Assembly (NCBI GenBank): GCA_000247545.1
Contig: CP003316.1
Location: forward strand, 249,233-281,232
DNA: 32,000 bases
Direction of reading: 5' to 3'
Source: Pyrobaculum oguniense TE7
GTDB taxonomy: Archaea; Thermoproteota; Thermoprotei; Thermoproteales; Thermoproteaceae
The position numbers were made by a program, and so were the translations under genes. Below are positions 1 to 8,228 of this stretch, in pieces (the first letter of the stretch is position 1; every line of letters starts with the position of its first letter). Under the pieces are notes generated by a model that worked only from the letters and a program-made list of their open reading frames with translations, was not told the origin of the DNA and did not search any database.

Positions 1-231
1 TCGCGTCCCCCCTCCGCCCCGCACGGCACGCGCCTTTTCGCGCCTCTCCTGGAGCTCTCTCCTAAGCTCGGCCATCCTCCTCCGAATGTGCTTAACCAGC
101 TTCTCAGTACCCTTGTGCTTCGGCACTGCGGATAAGAACTCTTCCATGGCCCGTAGCTTCTCCTCAGGAGTCTTTGCCTCCATCACCTTCAGCCAAGCAG
201 CCTTGGCCTCAGCAGGGAGATTTGCAGGCAT
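1..231 (-). CDS. DRG/Rbg-family GTP-binding protein, N-terminal fragment (gene runs off the left edge of the window)
   Basis: Own translation of the minus strand from the ATG at 231 gives MPANLPAEAKAAWLKVMEAKTPEEKLRAMEEFLSAVPKHKGTEKLVKHIRRRMAELRRELQERREKARAV... The TPEEK...PKHKGTEKL N-terminus is as I recall for archaeal COG1163/DRG GTPases. The frame stays open to position 1. It is not in the ORF track because there is no stop inside the window. Confidence 0.5.
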   Translation of the reverse strand, partial: MPANLPAEAKAAWLKVMEAKTPEEKLRAMEEFLSAVPKHKGTEKLVKHIRRRMAELRRELQERREKARAVRGGGGTR

Positions 232-255
232 CGATTTTATCAGCCAAAAGAATTT

Positions 256-930
256 TTACGCTTTTCCCAGAAACTTCCTAATCCTCTCCCTAGTCTCCTC
301 CCTGGTGCCCACCTCGGCGAGTCTGTATAAGAATGGAACCACCTCGTCTACAACCTCCAATAACCATCTACGAGGCCTTACCAGTTCTAGATAATCCGGT
401 GGCTGAAATAGCCTATTTGGTTGGAAGTCGCCGATTTCAGACACTATTCCAAACACTGCGGCTTCTCTAGCCGTGAAATCTCTGCTGAGCATTACTCTGA
501 GGTGTCCGTAGCTAAACAAGCGGCGGCCCAAAGCCACTGTGTATGGGGGGAAAACCCCGAAGTTGACCCCTTGTAGGGAGAATCTGAAAGCATCGCCACT
601 AGCCACCACGTAGTCGACAAAATACAGAACCTCAACTCCGAACCCGTATACATCTCCCTTGACCAAAACCACGGTGCGTCCGCCACACCCGAGAAGCTTT
701 TTTACAAGCCTGTGAATTGTAAACAAGTATTCTAAGACCTTATCCTTACTTTCTAGAAATACCGATAAGTCAAGGCCCGCGGAGAAGACAGGGCCCTCGT
801 TGGTGATCAGAACATCTCTGTCGCATCCAATTTCGAGAAGTCGTTCTACGACAGTCCACGTAAAGGCGTTTCGCTTCTCCCCCGTAAGTACGATCTTGTG
901 GTATTTGCCAAATGGCTCACTCTTAATCAC
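256..930 (-). CDS. Enoyl-CoA hydratase/isomerase (crotonase) family protein
   Basis: 224 aa. NEGPVFSAGLDL matches the crotonase oxyanion-hole motif (FxAGxDL), and the length fits. A TATA box at 948-959 lies about 23 nt upstream of the start. Confidence 0.7.
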   Translation of the reverse strand: MIKSEPFGKYHKIVLTGEKRNAFTWTVVERLLEIGCDRDVLITNEGPVFSAGLDLSVFLESKDKVLEYLFTIHRLVKKLLGCGGRTVVLVKGDVYGFGVEVLYFVDYVVASGDAFRFSLQGVNFGVFPPYTVALGRRLFSYGHLRVMLSRDFTAREAAVFGIVSEIGDFQPNRLFQPPDYLELVRPRRWLLEVVDEVVPFLYRLAEVGTREETRERIRKFLGKA

Positions 931-947
931 ATTACTGCTGATTTAAC

Positions 948-959
948 GTTTTTTAAACT
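948..959. promoter_or_regulatory. Shared TATA box (gttttttaaact) for the divergent crotonase and icd genes
   Basis: This is the only A/T-rich element in the 46-nt spacer 931-976. Its centre is about 23.5 nt from both start codons (930 and 977). Confidence 0.55.
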
Positions 960-976
960 AAGAGTCGGGAACCATC

Positions 977-2296
977 ATGTCAGTTGATATAGAGAAGATA
1001 AAACAGCAAATCCCAAACCTCGTAACTTTCACAGGAAAGTATATAGATCCGCCGAGCGGAGAATACGTCAAGTATACAGGCCCGGGACAGCTGAAGGTGC
1101 CTGATAAAGTAGTTATAGGCTATATTGAGGGCGACGGAATTGGGCCGGAGGTTGCTTACGCCGCAATTAAGGTCGCCAATGCGGCGGTGGAAAAGGCCTA
1201 TGGAAAGTCTAGGCAAATTACGTGGTACGAAATCGTCGTTGGGGAGAAGGCAGAAAAGTTATTCGGCAACAGGTTGCCAGATCAAAGCATAGAGGTGTTG
1301 AGAAAGATTAGAGTATTCCTCAAAGCCCCTCTCGAAACCCCTGTAGGGGGCGGGTTTAGAAGCATAAACGTGACGCTTCGCCAACTCTTCGACCTATACG
1401 CCAACATTAGGCCTGTGAAGTACTTCCCCGGCTTGCCGTCGCCTCTTAGACGCCCAGAACTTGTAGACTTGGTTATATTCAGAGAGAACACGGAAGACGT
1501 CTACGCTGGTATAGAGTGGCCTTATAACAGCCCAGAGGCGGCGAAAATTAGGGAATTTCTACGCAGGGAATTCGGCGTAAATATCAGAGACGACGCCGGC
1601 ATAGGGATAAAGCCTATTAGCAAATTCGGTACTCAGAGAATTGCCAGACTTGCGCTAAAGTTTGCCATTGAGAACAAGAGACGTGTCGTAACCGTTATGC
1701 ACAAGGGAAATATACAGAAATACACAGAAGGGGCCTTCAAGGAGTGGGTATTTGAAGTGGCTAGAAACGAGTTTAGGGAACACGTGGTATTTGAAGACGA
1801 GTTGGCTCAGTACGGCGGCTCTGTGCCACCAGGAAAGGTGCTTGTAAATGATAGAATTGCTGATAACATGCTCCAGCAACTACTTACGCGCACGGGGGAG
1901 TACGACGTAATACTTGCCCCCAACCTAAACGGCGACTACGTCTCAGACGAGGCCGCTGGCCTTGTGGGAGGACTTGGCGTCGCGCCTGGCCTAGACGTAG
2001 GCGACTGGGGAATGATGGCAGAGCCTGTACACGGAACAGCGCCTAAGTACAGGGGCAAGAACTACGTAAACCCAACTGCCACGATACTAGCTCTCGAACT
2101 GATGTTCCGCTTCCTAGGATGGAGAGAGGCTGCTGAGTATATTATGAAAGGAGTCGAGACCGCATATAGAGAAGGATATTTCACTGGTGACCTGGCTAGG
2201 CAGATGACAGATGAGGAGAGAAAATTGAGAGTCAAAGAAGTACTCGGCACGCAAGAGTTCGCAGACAAAGTGGTGGAGATTATAAAAAGACTTTAA
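977..2296 (+). CDS. icd: Isocitrate dehydrogenase (NADP-dependent type)
   Basis: 439 aa. IEGDGIGPEV and the NLNGDYVSDEAAGLVGGLG signature belong to the isocitrate/isopropylmalate dehydrogenase family. The length fits dimeric IDH. Confidence 0.9.
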   Translation: MSVDIEKIKQQIPNLVTFTGKYIDPPSGEYVKYTGPGQLKVPDKVVIGYIEGDGIGPEVAYAAIKVANAAVEKAYGKSRQITWYEIVVGEKAEKLFGNRLPDQSIEVLRKIRVFLKAPLETPVGGGFRSINVTLRQLFDLYANIRPVKYFPGLPSPLRRPELVDLVIFRENTEDVYAGIEWPYNSPEAAKIREFLRREFGVNIRDDAGIGIKPISKFGTQRIARLALKFAIENKRRVVTVMHKGNIQKYTEGAFKEWVFEVARNEFREHVVFEDELAQYGGSVPPGKVLVNDRIADNMLQQLLTRTGEYDVILAPNLNGDYVSDEAAGLVGGLGVAPGLDVGDWGMMAEPVHGTAPKYRGKNYVNPTATILALELMFRFLGWREAAEYIMKGVETAYREGYFTGDLARQMTDEERKLRVKEVLGTQEFADKVVEIIKRL

Positions 2297-2766
2297 ACCT
2301 CTTTTGCAAATATATACTCAACAGGCCTGAACCCCATCTTTTTGTAAAAGTTTATAGCGATGTCGTTGAGGGCTGGAAAAGAGGCCATAATTACCTCTGC
2401 TCCTTTCTTCCTTAGTTGGTCAATCCCCTCGGCCATCAGCCTTTTACCTAGGCCCTTTCGCCTGTATTCCGGCAGTATGTAAAATTCCCTAATTACCCCT
2501 ACATACCTCGGCTTGTAGAATTTCCTATCTTCAACGTCGCCTTTTAGTACCCCGATCACTTTGTTGCCTTCTACGGCAACTAAAAGAACTGAAGATGGAT
2601 TGTTTAAGGTTTCTTCGAGATATTGCTTAGTTACTTGCTCGATTTCGGGCGTGACTTGTAGCATGGGATCGAATTCGGCGTTTAGCCGCTTTAATCGCAC
2701 TACCAGAGAAACTGCGGAGTCAAGATCTTCTTTTGTTGCGGTTCTAATTACTACAGTCGGGTACAT
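2293..2766 (-). CDS. GNAT-family N-acetyltransferase
   Basis: 157 aa. The acetyl-CoA binding motif A is present as RRKGLGKRLM (R/Q-x-x-G-x-G/A), and the size is typical for GNAT. Confidence 0.75.
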   Translation of the reverse strand: MYPTVVIRTATKEDLDSAVSLVVRLKRLNAEFDPMLQVTPEIEQVTKQYLEETLNNPSSVLLVAVEGNKVIGVLKGDVEDRKFYKPRYVGVIREFYILPEYRRKGLGKRLMAEGIDQLRKKGAEVIMASFPALNDIAINFYKKMGFRPVEYIFAKEV

Positions 2767-2899
2767 ATGCTCTAGTGATGAGTATGTTTTTAAGTATTAC
2801 CAAACTCAGTATTTTAATTATGTATAAAATTTTTAACTAGAATCTTTGGTATAAACTATATGTATAATAATAAATTTCTTGTTATTGCGATATAGATAG

Positions 2900-3769
2900 C
2901 TAGGAATTACCAATCAACAGCGGTTTTGAACTAAGCAATTCTCTAATAGTTATTTGTTCGTATTTTTTTGTTTCAATTGAATATAAAATAATAAATTTAT
3001 TATTAATACTAATTGTGCTTTTTCTTTCTCCTTTTAGTACTATTATATCTCCGGCTTTATATGTAGCAATAATAACGGCATATGTCATGTGGTACAATTT
3101 TCTGCCATCTTTCACTCCGACATTTTTGGCGGTTTTTACTATTTGGCTGGGAAAATGCTTGTGAATTACATATGCCAGATGTCTTGCAAGATCAGCACTC
3201 GTTGTATATATATCTACTCCATTTTCGGTGTTTTTTATATCGCTAATATATCCAATTCTCTTATCTTTAAGTTTATACAATTCTTGTTCAACAATTTGGA
3301 AAATTTTTTTCTTCATAGCATCATCAAGCCCACGCGGCGTTCCCCTCACTTGAAGCAAGGCAAGCTCTCTTTTGCTTAACATCTCTCTACAGTCTATACA
3401 CACATCGTAGTCGTAGCTAAACTCGATTTGGTAAGCCAGCGCCCTCTCAGCTATTAGTGGATGAGGCGACCCCTTCACCGTTACGTGTAGATGTAATTTA
3501 CTACCTATCTCTTGCATGTCAATATTTTCCACTACTCCCCGTACAGTCGCCTTCTCGGCTAGTATTCTTTTGACCAATTCCCCCATACCTGTTTTTCGTG
3601 CTCTCAGCCACTTGCCTCTAAGATACACTGCACCACAGTACTTACACTTCAGCAGTGTCTCATCTTCTACTGTTATAAGAGGGTGCTTCTCGATATAACA
3701 ATCTTCGCACATCCCTTCAATTAGCCTATCAACCAATCGTCCACAATGAGGGCAGTAGACTCTAGCCAT
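2900..3769 (-). CDS. NMD3-family protein (archaeal homologue of the 60S export/ribosome maturation factor)
   Basis: 289 aa. Four Cys pairs are present (CPHCG, CEDC, CKYCG, CIDC), followed by LLQVRG as in the NMD3 N-terminal domain. The C-terminal part (GVDIYTTSADLARHL...HMTYAVII) follows the NMD3 pattern. The start overlaps the methyltransferase stop by 8 nt. The 3' half of the gene is anomalously AT-rich. Confidence 0.6.
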   Translation of the reverse strand: MARVYCPHCGRLVDRLIEGMCEDCYIEKHPLITVEDETLLKCKYCGAVYLRGKWLRARKTGMGELVKRILAEKATVRGVVENIDMQEIGSKLHLHVTVKGSPHPLIAERALAYQIEFSYDYDVCIDCREMLSKRELALLQVRGTPRGLDDAMKKKIFQIVEQELYKLKDKRIGYISDIKNTENGVDIYTTSADLARHLAYVIHKHFPSQIVKTAKNVGVKDGRKLYHMTYAVIIATYKAGDIIVLKGERKSTISINNKFIILYSIETKKYEQITIRELLSSKPLLIGNS

Positions 3770-4718
3770 GTCGATAATCCTTCTCGTCTATATATTTTCG
3801 TATCTCAAGCGCAATCGCATAAGCCAGCGGGGGCGGCACGCTTTCTCCAACCTGGTTATACTGTGAATCTTTAGAGCCGAAGAAAGTGTATGAGTCTGGG
3901 TAGCCCATTAGCCTAGCCTGCTCACGCACTGTGAGGACTCTGTGCTCCTCCGGGTGGACAAATCTACGGGTGCCCATTACGGTGGGCGCCACCTCGTCCC
4001 AGCGTAGCCGGATGTAGTTTTCATAGAAACCGGTAGCTCCTCTGTATTTCATTAAAGCCTCGCCAGGCCTCAGCCGGGCAATTCGATACTGTTTTTTCAT
4101 GCTTATCGTCACCGTGTCGTGGTTAGGCACTAGGCCACTGTCGGGAGGAGGCAGGTCGCGCAACGCCTCTCGGACCGTGATGATGCGTGTTTTAGGTGGC
4201 TTAATTTCTACGTTTGAGACGAAGACCCTCCGCCTCCTGCTGGGGACTCCGTAGTCCTCTGCGTGAAGTACGTTGAAGTACACCTCGTAGCCCACCCTTC
4301 TGAATTCCCTTTCAATATACGACCTCAGCGGTTCCTCGGCCAACGCCGCTACGTTCTCCATGACGAAGATCTTCGGCTTGAGCTCGCCTACAATCCTGAT
4401 AAATTCAAGTGTCAGCTGACCGGCTGGATCGAGGTAAAGCCTATCGGCGGGGTCTTCCATTCTGTTAGGATTTGCCGATGTGAACGGCTCGCAGGGAGGG
4501 CTCCCAATTAGCACATCTGCCTCTCCGTATTTGACTAAGTCCTCGTAGCTCACCTCCCTAATGTCCCTCTGCAACACTACCGTGTTTACGTGGTTGGCGC
4601 TATATGTCCTGACAGCGTCTCTGTCCACATCGAGCGCTACCCTTATTTTAAAACCCGCTTGTCTAAAACCCAGCCCGAATCCGCCGCCACCTGAAAATAT
4701 ATCAATAACGTTATACAC
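3762..4718 (-). CDS. DNA (cytosine-5) methyltransferase
   Basis: 318 aa. C5-MTase motifs appear in canonical order: I DIFSGGGGFGLGF, IV GSPPCEPFT (catalytic Cys), VI ENV, VIII PSRRRRVF, IX TVREQARLMGYPDSYTF, X QVGESVPPPLA. Confidence 0.9.
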   Translation of the reverse strand: MYNVIDIFSGGGGFGLGFRQAGFKIRVALDVDRDAVRTYSANHVNTVVLQRDIREVSYEDLVKYGEADVLIGSPPCEPFTSANPNRMEDPADRLYLDPAGQLTLEFIRIVGELKPKIFVMENVAALAEEPLRSYIEREFRRVGYEVYFNVLHAEDYGVPSRRRRVFVSNVEIKPPKTRIITVREALRDLPPPDSGLVPNHDTVTISMKKQYRIARLRPGEALMKYRGATGFYENYIRLRWDEVAPTVMGTRRFVHPEEHRVLTVREQARLMGYPDSYTFFGSKDSQYNQVGESVPPPLAYAIALEIRKYIDEKDYRHG

Positions 4719-4737
4719 GTACCGCGGGTTAGCAAAT

Positions 4738-4747
4738 TATTTAAATA
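4738..4747. promoter_or_regulatory. Perfectly palindromic TATA box (TATTTAAATA) shared by the divergent methyltransferase and nuclease genes
   Basis: Its centre at 4742.5 is 24.5 nt from the MTase ATG (4718) and 22.5 nt from the nuclease ATG (4765). The spacer is 46 nt. Confidence 0.6.
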
Positions 4748-4764
4748 CAAACCCGCAACTCGTC

Positions 4765-5352
4765 ATGGGCTTTGCTAAGAGGCTGAAGTATCGCCTTAGC
4801 GATTTAATTAGGCTAGAGAAGCCCGACGCTCTGAGCTCCCGTTATGGAAAGGCGTTTGAGAAGGCAGTTTTAGCCCTGATAAGGGCAAGAGACGCGGTCG
4901 TGGCGCTACGCACCTTTATAGAGCACTACGGCGAACCCCACACCGGTGCGTTTAGTAAGCTCATAAAGCTGATGCCGTGGGCCAAGAAAATTGTGGAGAT
5001 TACGCCCGCACCGCCTGTGACTCTACAAATAGAGGGTGTCATTATCACGGCACAGGCGGATTTCTTGGTGAAATACGCCGACGGAAAGAAAGAGCTCGTA
5101 GAGCTGAAGTCCCACATATTGAAGAAAGGCGAGTGGAAAACCAAGGCAGAGTGGTCCCTAGCCACTAAAATCATGCGCATGCTCTACCGCAAAGCGGGGT
5201 ACGACTATCCGCTACGCCTTATTTACTTCGTGGAAAACGGAGAGAACGTGATGCCAGAGGAGGAGGTGTTTATATACCCCAAAGACGACAAAGACGACGA
5301 GGTGCTCATCAACGTAATCCGCGAAAGGCTAAAGAAAGTCACAAACAAGTAA
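4765..5352 (+). CDS. PD-(D/E)xK-fold nuclease (candidate restriction endonuclease / Cas4-RecB-like)
   Basis: 195 aa when started at the ATG at 4765. The track ORF starts at 4561, but that extension runs antisense through the MTase gene. The motif IITAQADFLVKY...KKELVELKS gives D-x(n)-E-x-K. The gene diverges from the C5 MTase and shares its TATA box. Confidence 0.5.
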   Translation: MGFAKRLKYRLSDLIRLEKPDALSSRYGKAFEKAVLALIRARDAVVALRTFIEHYGEPHTGAFSKLIKLMPWAKKIVEITPAPPVTLQIEGVIITAQADFLVKYADGKKELVELKSHILKKGEWKTKAEWSLATKIMRMLYRKAGYDYPLRLIYFVENGENVMPEEEVFIYPKDDKDDEVLINVIRERLKKVTNK

Positions 5353-5550
5353 CCTTCTGTCAACACCGCGTCATTGCTCGCGCTAGAGCCGCGCAAAGTC
5401 ATCGATACGTGAACACAGCACAGAACACCAAAGCGTAGGAGAGTCTGAGTATTTCAAGAGGTCAGTCAGCGAACATCCTAGGAGAGGGGCGAAAGGCGTT
5501 GCTAGGAAGACGGCATGAATTTCAAACCGCCTGGCCTTGAGTCAAAGGGT

Positions 5551-5856
5551 CTAAGATCGCTGGAGGCAGGCGAGTTTCTCCTTGGCCATTTGATGTGCTG
5601 TCTTTATTATAGATACCGCCAAGTCGAGCTTGTCTAGATGCCTGGTCTGAATGACGGCGTTCTCGTCGCCTATCATGTACTCAATTGTGCAGTCCTCTTC
5701 GTTGGACCAGGAGAAAATAATAAACACGTAGAGATCCTCTTTCAGCTGTATCTGTGTCAGCGCCTCGTACTGTCTCCATTCCACGGTAAATGCCTCTATC
5801 TCTTTATCTATTGCTTGATGTAGTTCTTTGAAATACTGCTCAACCCTCTGTTTCAT
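5551..5856 (-). CDS. Hypothetical protein (101 aa)
   Basis: Clean ORF with an ATG 24 nt from the TATA box at 5876-5885. No recognisable motif. Confidence 0.45.
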   Translation of the reverse strand: MKQRVEQYFKELHQAIDKEIEAFTVEWRQYEALTQIQLKEDLYVFIIFSWSNEEDCTIEYMIGDENAVIQTRHLDKLDLAVSIIKTAHQMAKEKLACLQRS

Positions 5857-5875
5857 ACGCCTCTTGGTGTTTCTC

Positions 5876-5885
5876 TTTAAATATT
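5876..5885. promoter_or_regulatory. Shared TATA box (tttaaatatt) for the divergent 101-aa ORF and pheT
   Basis: 45-nt spacer. The centre is 24.5 nt from the start at 5856 and 21.5 nt from the start at 5902. Confidence 0.5.
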
Positions 5886-5901
5886 AGACGTTTCCCCAAT
5901 T

Positions 5902-7449
5902 GTGCCCGTTATAGACGTCGCCAAGTTTGACTTGGAGCGGCTAACACGCATGAATTTCGGCGAGGTGATTAGGCTACTGGAGCATGTTAAGTGTGAGGTA
6001 GAGGAGGACCTGGGCGACAGATTGAAGCTTGAAGTTACCCACGACAGGCCAGACCACTTCTCTGCGGAAGGACTGGCAAGGACTCTTAAAGGCGTCGCCG
6101 GCGTGGAGGTTGGCCTCCCCAAGATAAGGCTAAGCGCCTCTAGTATAAGGCTAGAGGCTAGCCACATAGAGGAGAGGCCCTACATCTCAATGGCGGTGGT
6201 AAGAGGCGTGAGGCTAGATGACGAGGCCGTGAGGCAATTGATCCAATTGCAGGAAAAGTTGCACGAGACCTACGGCCGGGGCAGGAGGAAGATAGCCATT
6301 GGATACTACGATGTCTCCAAGATAAAACCCCCCATACGCTACGTCAGAATTTCCCAAGACGACGAGTACACCCCTCTGGGCTTTGATAAACCAATAAAGG
6401 TCAAGGAGATGTACGAGGCCACAGAACAGGGCCGGAAGTACAGCCACCTCATTAACAGGGAGCGCCCGCCCGCTCTTGTGGACTCTTTAGATCAAATAAT
6501 GGTGGTCATACCTGTGCTAGGGTCAGAATGTTGTAAAATTACCGATCGCAGTAGAGACGTCTTGATAGACGTCACGGGCACAGACCCCAACGCCGTCACC
6601 TCCGCGTTGTCTATCCTGATATATTCATTGCTTGAGAGAAGCGAGACAAGGGAGGTAGAGGTAGTACAAGGGGGCTTGACATATGTCCACAGGTACGTCA
6701 CAATTAGAACAGATGAGCGAGAAGTGGGTAGCCTTCTTGGCGTCGACATTACCAGAGAGGATTTCGTAAAATACATCGCAATGGCACGTTTCGGATACCA
6801 AGAAGGAACGGTTGTAGTCCCGCCTTATAGGCCAAATGTCTTGTCGTGGGTTGACGTGGCTGAGGAGGTGGCCGTAATGATGGGCTACAATCAGTTTCCA
6901 AGAGAGGTCCCGAAAATTCAGTCTGCAGGTAAGCGGCACCGTGTGGAAATACTTACACAGGAGGCGCGTAAAATCCTCCTATCGATGGGCTTCATGGAGA
7001 TGAATAACTACATATTGGCCGATGAGGCGGTTGAGGAGATATGCAAGCCGGCGCGGGTGGCTAATCCAATGTCTGAGCTGTACAGTGTGGTGAGGTGCTC
7101 GATAATAACACAGCTCATCGCCACAGCCGCTTTGGTAAAGCGGAGGGAGATAAAGCTCTTCGAAATAGGTGACGTTGTGAGGGGTGGGAAAACGAGACGC
7201 GTAGCGGCGTTGTTAATAAGCCGAGACGGCGTGACGCTCACAGATGGGCTCTCTGCAGTGAAGGCCTTATGCCACAGGTTGGGTCTTAACTGCCACTTCG
7301 CCGAGATGTCAACTGCCTGGGCCCTGCCCGGCCGTGTTGCTGAAATAAAGGGCGACGTAGAGGGTTATGTTGCGGAGACATCGCCGGACTTGTTAGTCAA
7401 GTTCAAATACGGGATGCCTACAGTTGTGGCGGAGCTGTACATTGGCTAA
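5902..7449 (+). CDS. pheT: Phenylalanyl-tRNA synthetase beta subunit (archaeal type)
   Basis: 515 aa with a GTG start. The N-terminus MPVIDVAKFDLERL...THDRPDHFSAEGLARTLKG matches the archaeal PheT B3/B4 region, and the length fits. Confidence 0.8.
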   Translation: MPVIDVAKFDLERLTRMNFGEVIRLLEHVKCEVEEDLGDRLKLEVTHDRPDHFSAEGLARTLKGVAGVEVGLPKIRLSASSIRLEASHIEERPYISMAVVRGVRLDDEAVRQLIQLQEKLHETYGRGRRKIAIGYYDVSKIKPPIRYVRISQDDEYTPLGFDKPIKVKEMYEATEQGRKYSHLINRERPPALVDSLDQIMVVIPVLGSECCKITDRSRDVLIDVTGTDPNAVTSALSILIYSLLERSETREVEVVQGGLTYVHRYVTIRTDEREVGSLLGVDITREDFVKYIAMARFGYQEGTVVVPPYRPNVLSWVDVAEEVAVMMGYNQFPREVPKIQSAGKRHRVEILTQEARKILLSMGFMEMNNYILADEAVEEICKPARVANPMSELYSVVRCSIITQLIATAALVKRREIKLFEIGDVVRGGKTRRVAALLISRDGVTLTDGLSAVKALCHRLGLNCHFAEMSTAWALPGRVAEIKGDVEGYVAETSPDLLVKFKYGMPTVVAELYIG

Positions 7450-7480
7450 ACCTTAAAAAGAAGGTCTGAAAAATAGTTAT

Positions 7481-7843
7481 ATGAGTGACGACATCGACAT
7501 CTTGCTTAGGAAAAAGGCGCTAGAACTTGCGAAGATGAAGACGAAGGAGGTAGAAGCTCCGAAGCAGAGAGCGCTAACCGGTGAGGAGGCGGTGGAGATT
7601 ATTAAGAGGATTACTAAGGGAGATAGAGCTGGCGAAATTATTGAAAACGCTTTGGCTCTGTACGGCCAACACGCCGTGGCGCTTTTCAAGAAACTTGCCG
7701 AACTTCACTTGCAAGGCGTAATTAATGAGTTGGCCGACTATGAGCTGTACCAAGTACTGCTACGGGCTGGGATGAAAGTCCCAGTGAAAACAGAGATAAA
7801 GATTGTTAGACACGGAAGGGAGTACAAGCTTGGGGAGTCCTAG
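7481..7843 (+). CDS. Small DNA-binding protein, PDCD5/TFAR19-like (tentative)
   Basis: 120 aa. It has an acidic/basic N-terminal helix (MSDDIDILLRKKALELAKMK) followed by a helical bundle pattern resembling COG2118 proteins. Identified by pattern memory only. Confidence 0.4.
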   Translation: MSDDIDILLRKKALELAKMKTKEVEAPKQRALTGEEAVEIIKRITKGDRAGEIIENALALYGQHAVALFKKLAELHLQGVINELADYELYQVLLRAGMKVPVKTEIKIVRHGREYKLGES

Positions 7844-8103
7844 CTTGTTTCATATAGGCGGGACAGTTCAGCCATTATGCCCCTCCAGTCAAATATACGG
7901 GCCCCGTAGTTGACATAACGCCTTACTAAATCTCTTTTCTCTCTTTTCACGTACCTCATGCAACCCCTGCACCCAAACCAGAGGTATTTCTCGTCTTCTA
8001 CTATTTCCATTAACCCACCACAGAAGGGGCACCTAGTCCCGGCCTCTACTGTTGTGAGATCCATATAAGCCGCCCCCGCTTCTCTTAAATTAGCTGTAGA
8101 CAA
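7840..8103 (-). CDS. Zinc-ribbon protein, hypothetical
   Basis: 87 aa with CPFCGG...CRGC. The track start at 8103 is TTG. An ATG at 8064 is an alternative start. Confidence 0.45.
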   Translation of the reverse strand: MSTANLREAGAAYMDLTTVEAGTRCPFCGGLMEIVEDEKYLWFGCRGCMRYVKREKRDLVRRYVNYGARIFDWRGIMAELSRLYETS

Positions 8104-8228
8104 AATAGCTAGTTCCCTTAATAAACGCCACGCCGTTGTGTAACATGTTCAAGATTCTGCGAAATCTACTGGCTGGAGAAAAGCGGAAGTTGCTTGAACA
8201 GCTGAGAGAGGATATAGAGGTTATTTAA

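Noticed and set aside
86-394. Track ORFs lying antisense to, or out of frame within, strongly supported genes. Examples: 86..394, 13364..13723, 13718..14011, 21372..21776, 23059..23526, 25331..25768, 28089..28646.
   Set aside because: They overlap genes with clear family motifs on the other strand or in another frame. Their translations are low-complexity (Ser/Pro/Arg/Leu-rich), which is typical of shadow ORFs in GC-balanced coding DNA. None has a TATA box at leaderless distance.
2773-2779. Other perfect or near-perfect C-box heptamers (RUGAUGA): 2773 (+), 4177 (+), 12853-12859 (-), 19484 (+), 26690s (-), 27004 (+), 27530s (-), 27593 (+).
   Set aside because: No CUGA D or D' box lies at a compatible distance downstream, and most of them fall inside coding sequence. 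They are treated as chance occurrences.
2767-2899. The very AT-rich spacer, considered as a possible replication origin or mobile-element end.
   Set aside because: I saw no ORB/mini-ORB-like repeats, no direct or inverted terminal repeats, and no orc1/cdc6 or integrase gene nearby.
4561-4764. N-terminal 68-codon extension of the nuclease ORF as given in the track.
   Set aside because: The extension runs antisense through the first 158 nt of the methyltransferase gene and through the shared promoter. The ATG at 4765 is 22.5 nt from the palindromic TATA box, so it was taken as the real start.
5353-5550. A 200-bp non-coding stretch of normal GC content between the nuclease gene and the 101-aa ORF. 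It was considered as a structured RNA, for example the minimal Pyrobaculum RNase P RNA, because of ACAGAA and GGCGAAAGGCG strings.
   Set aside because: The motif order does not fit the CR-I/CR-V arrangement on either strand. No convincing long-range helices, no TATA box and no ORF were found. It cannot be supported without a covariance-model search (Rfam/Infernal), which would be the decisive test.
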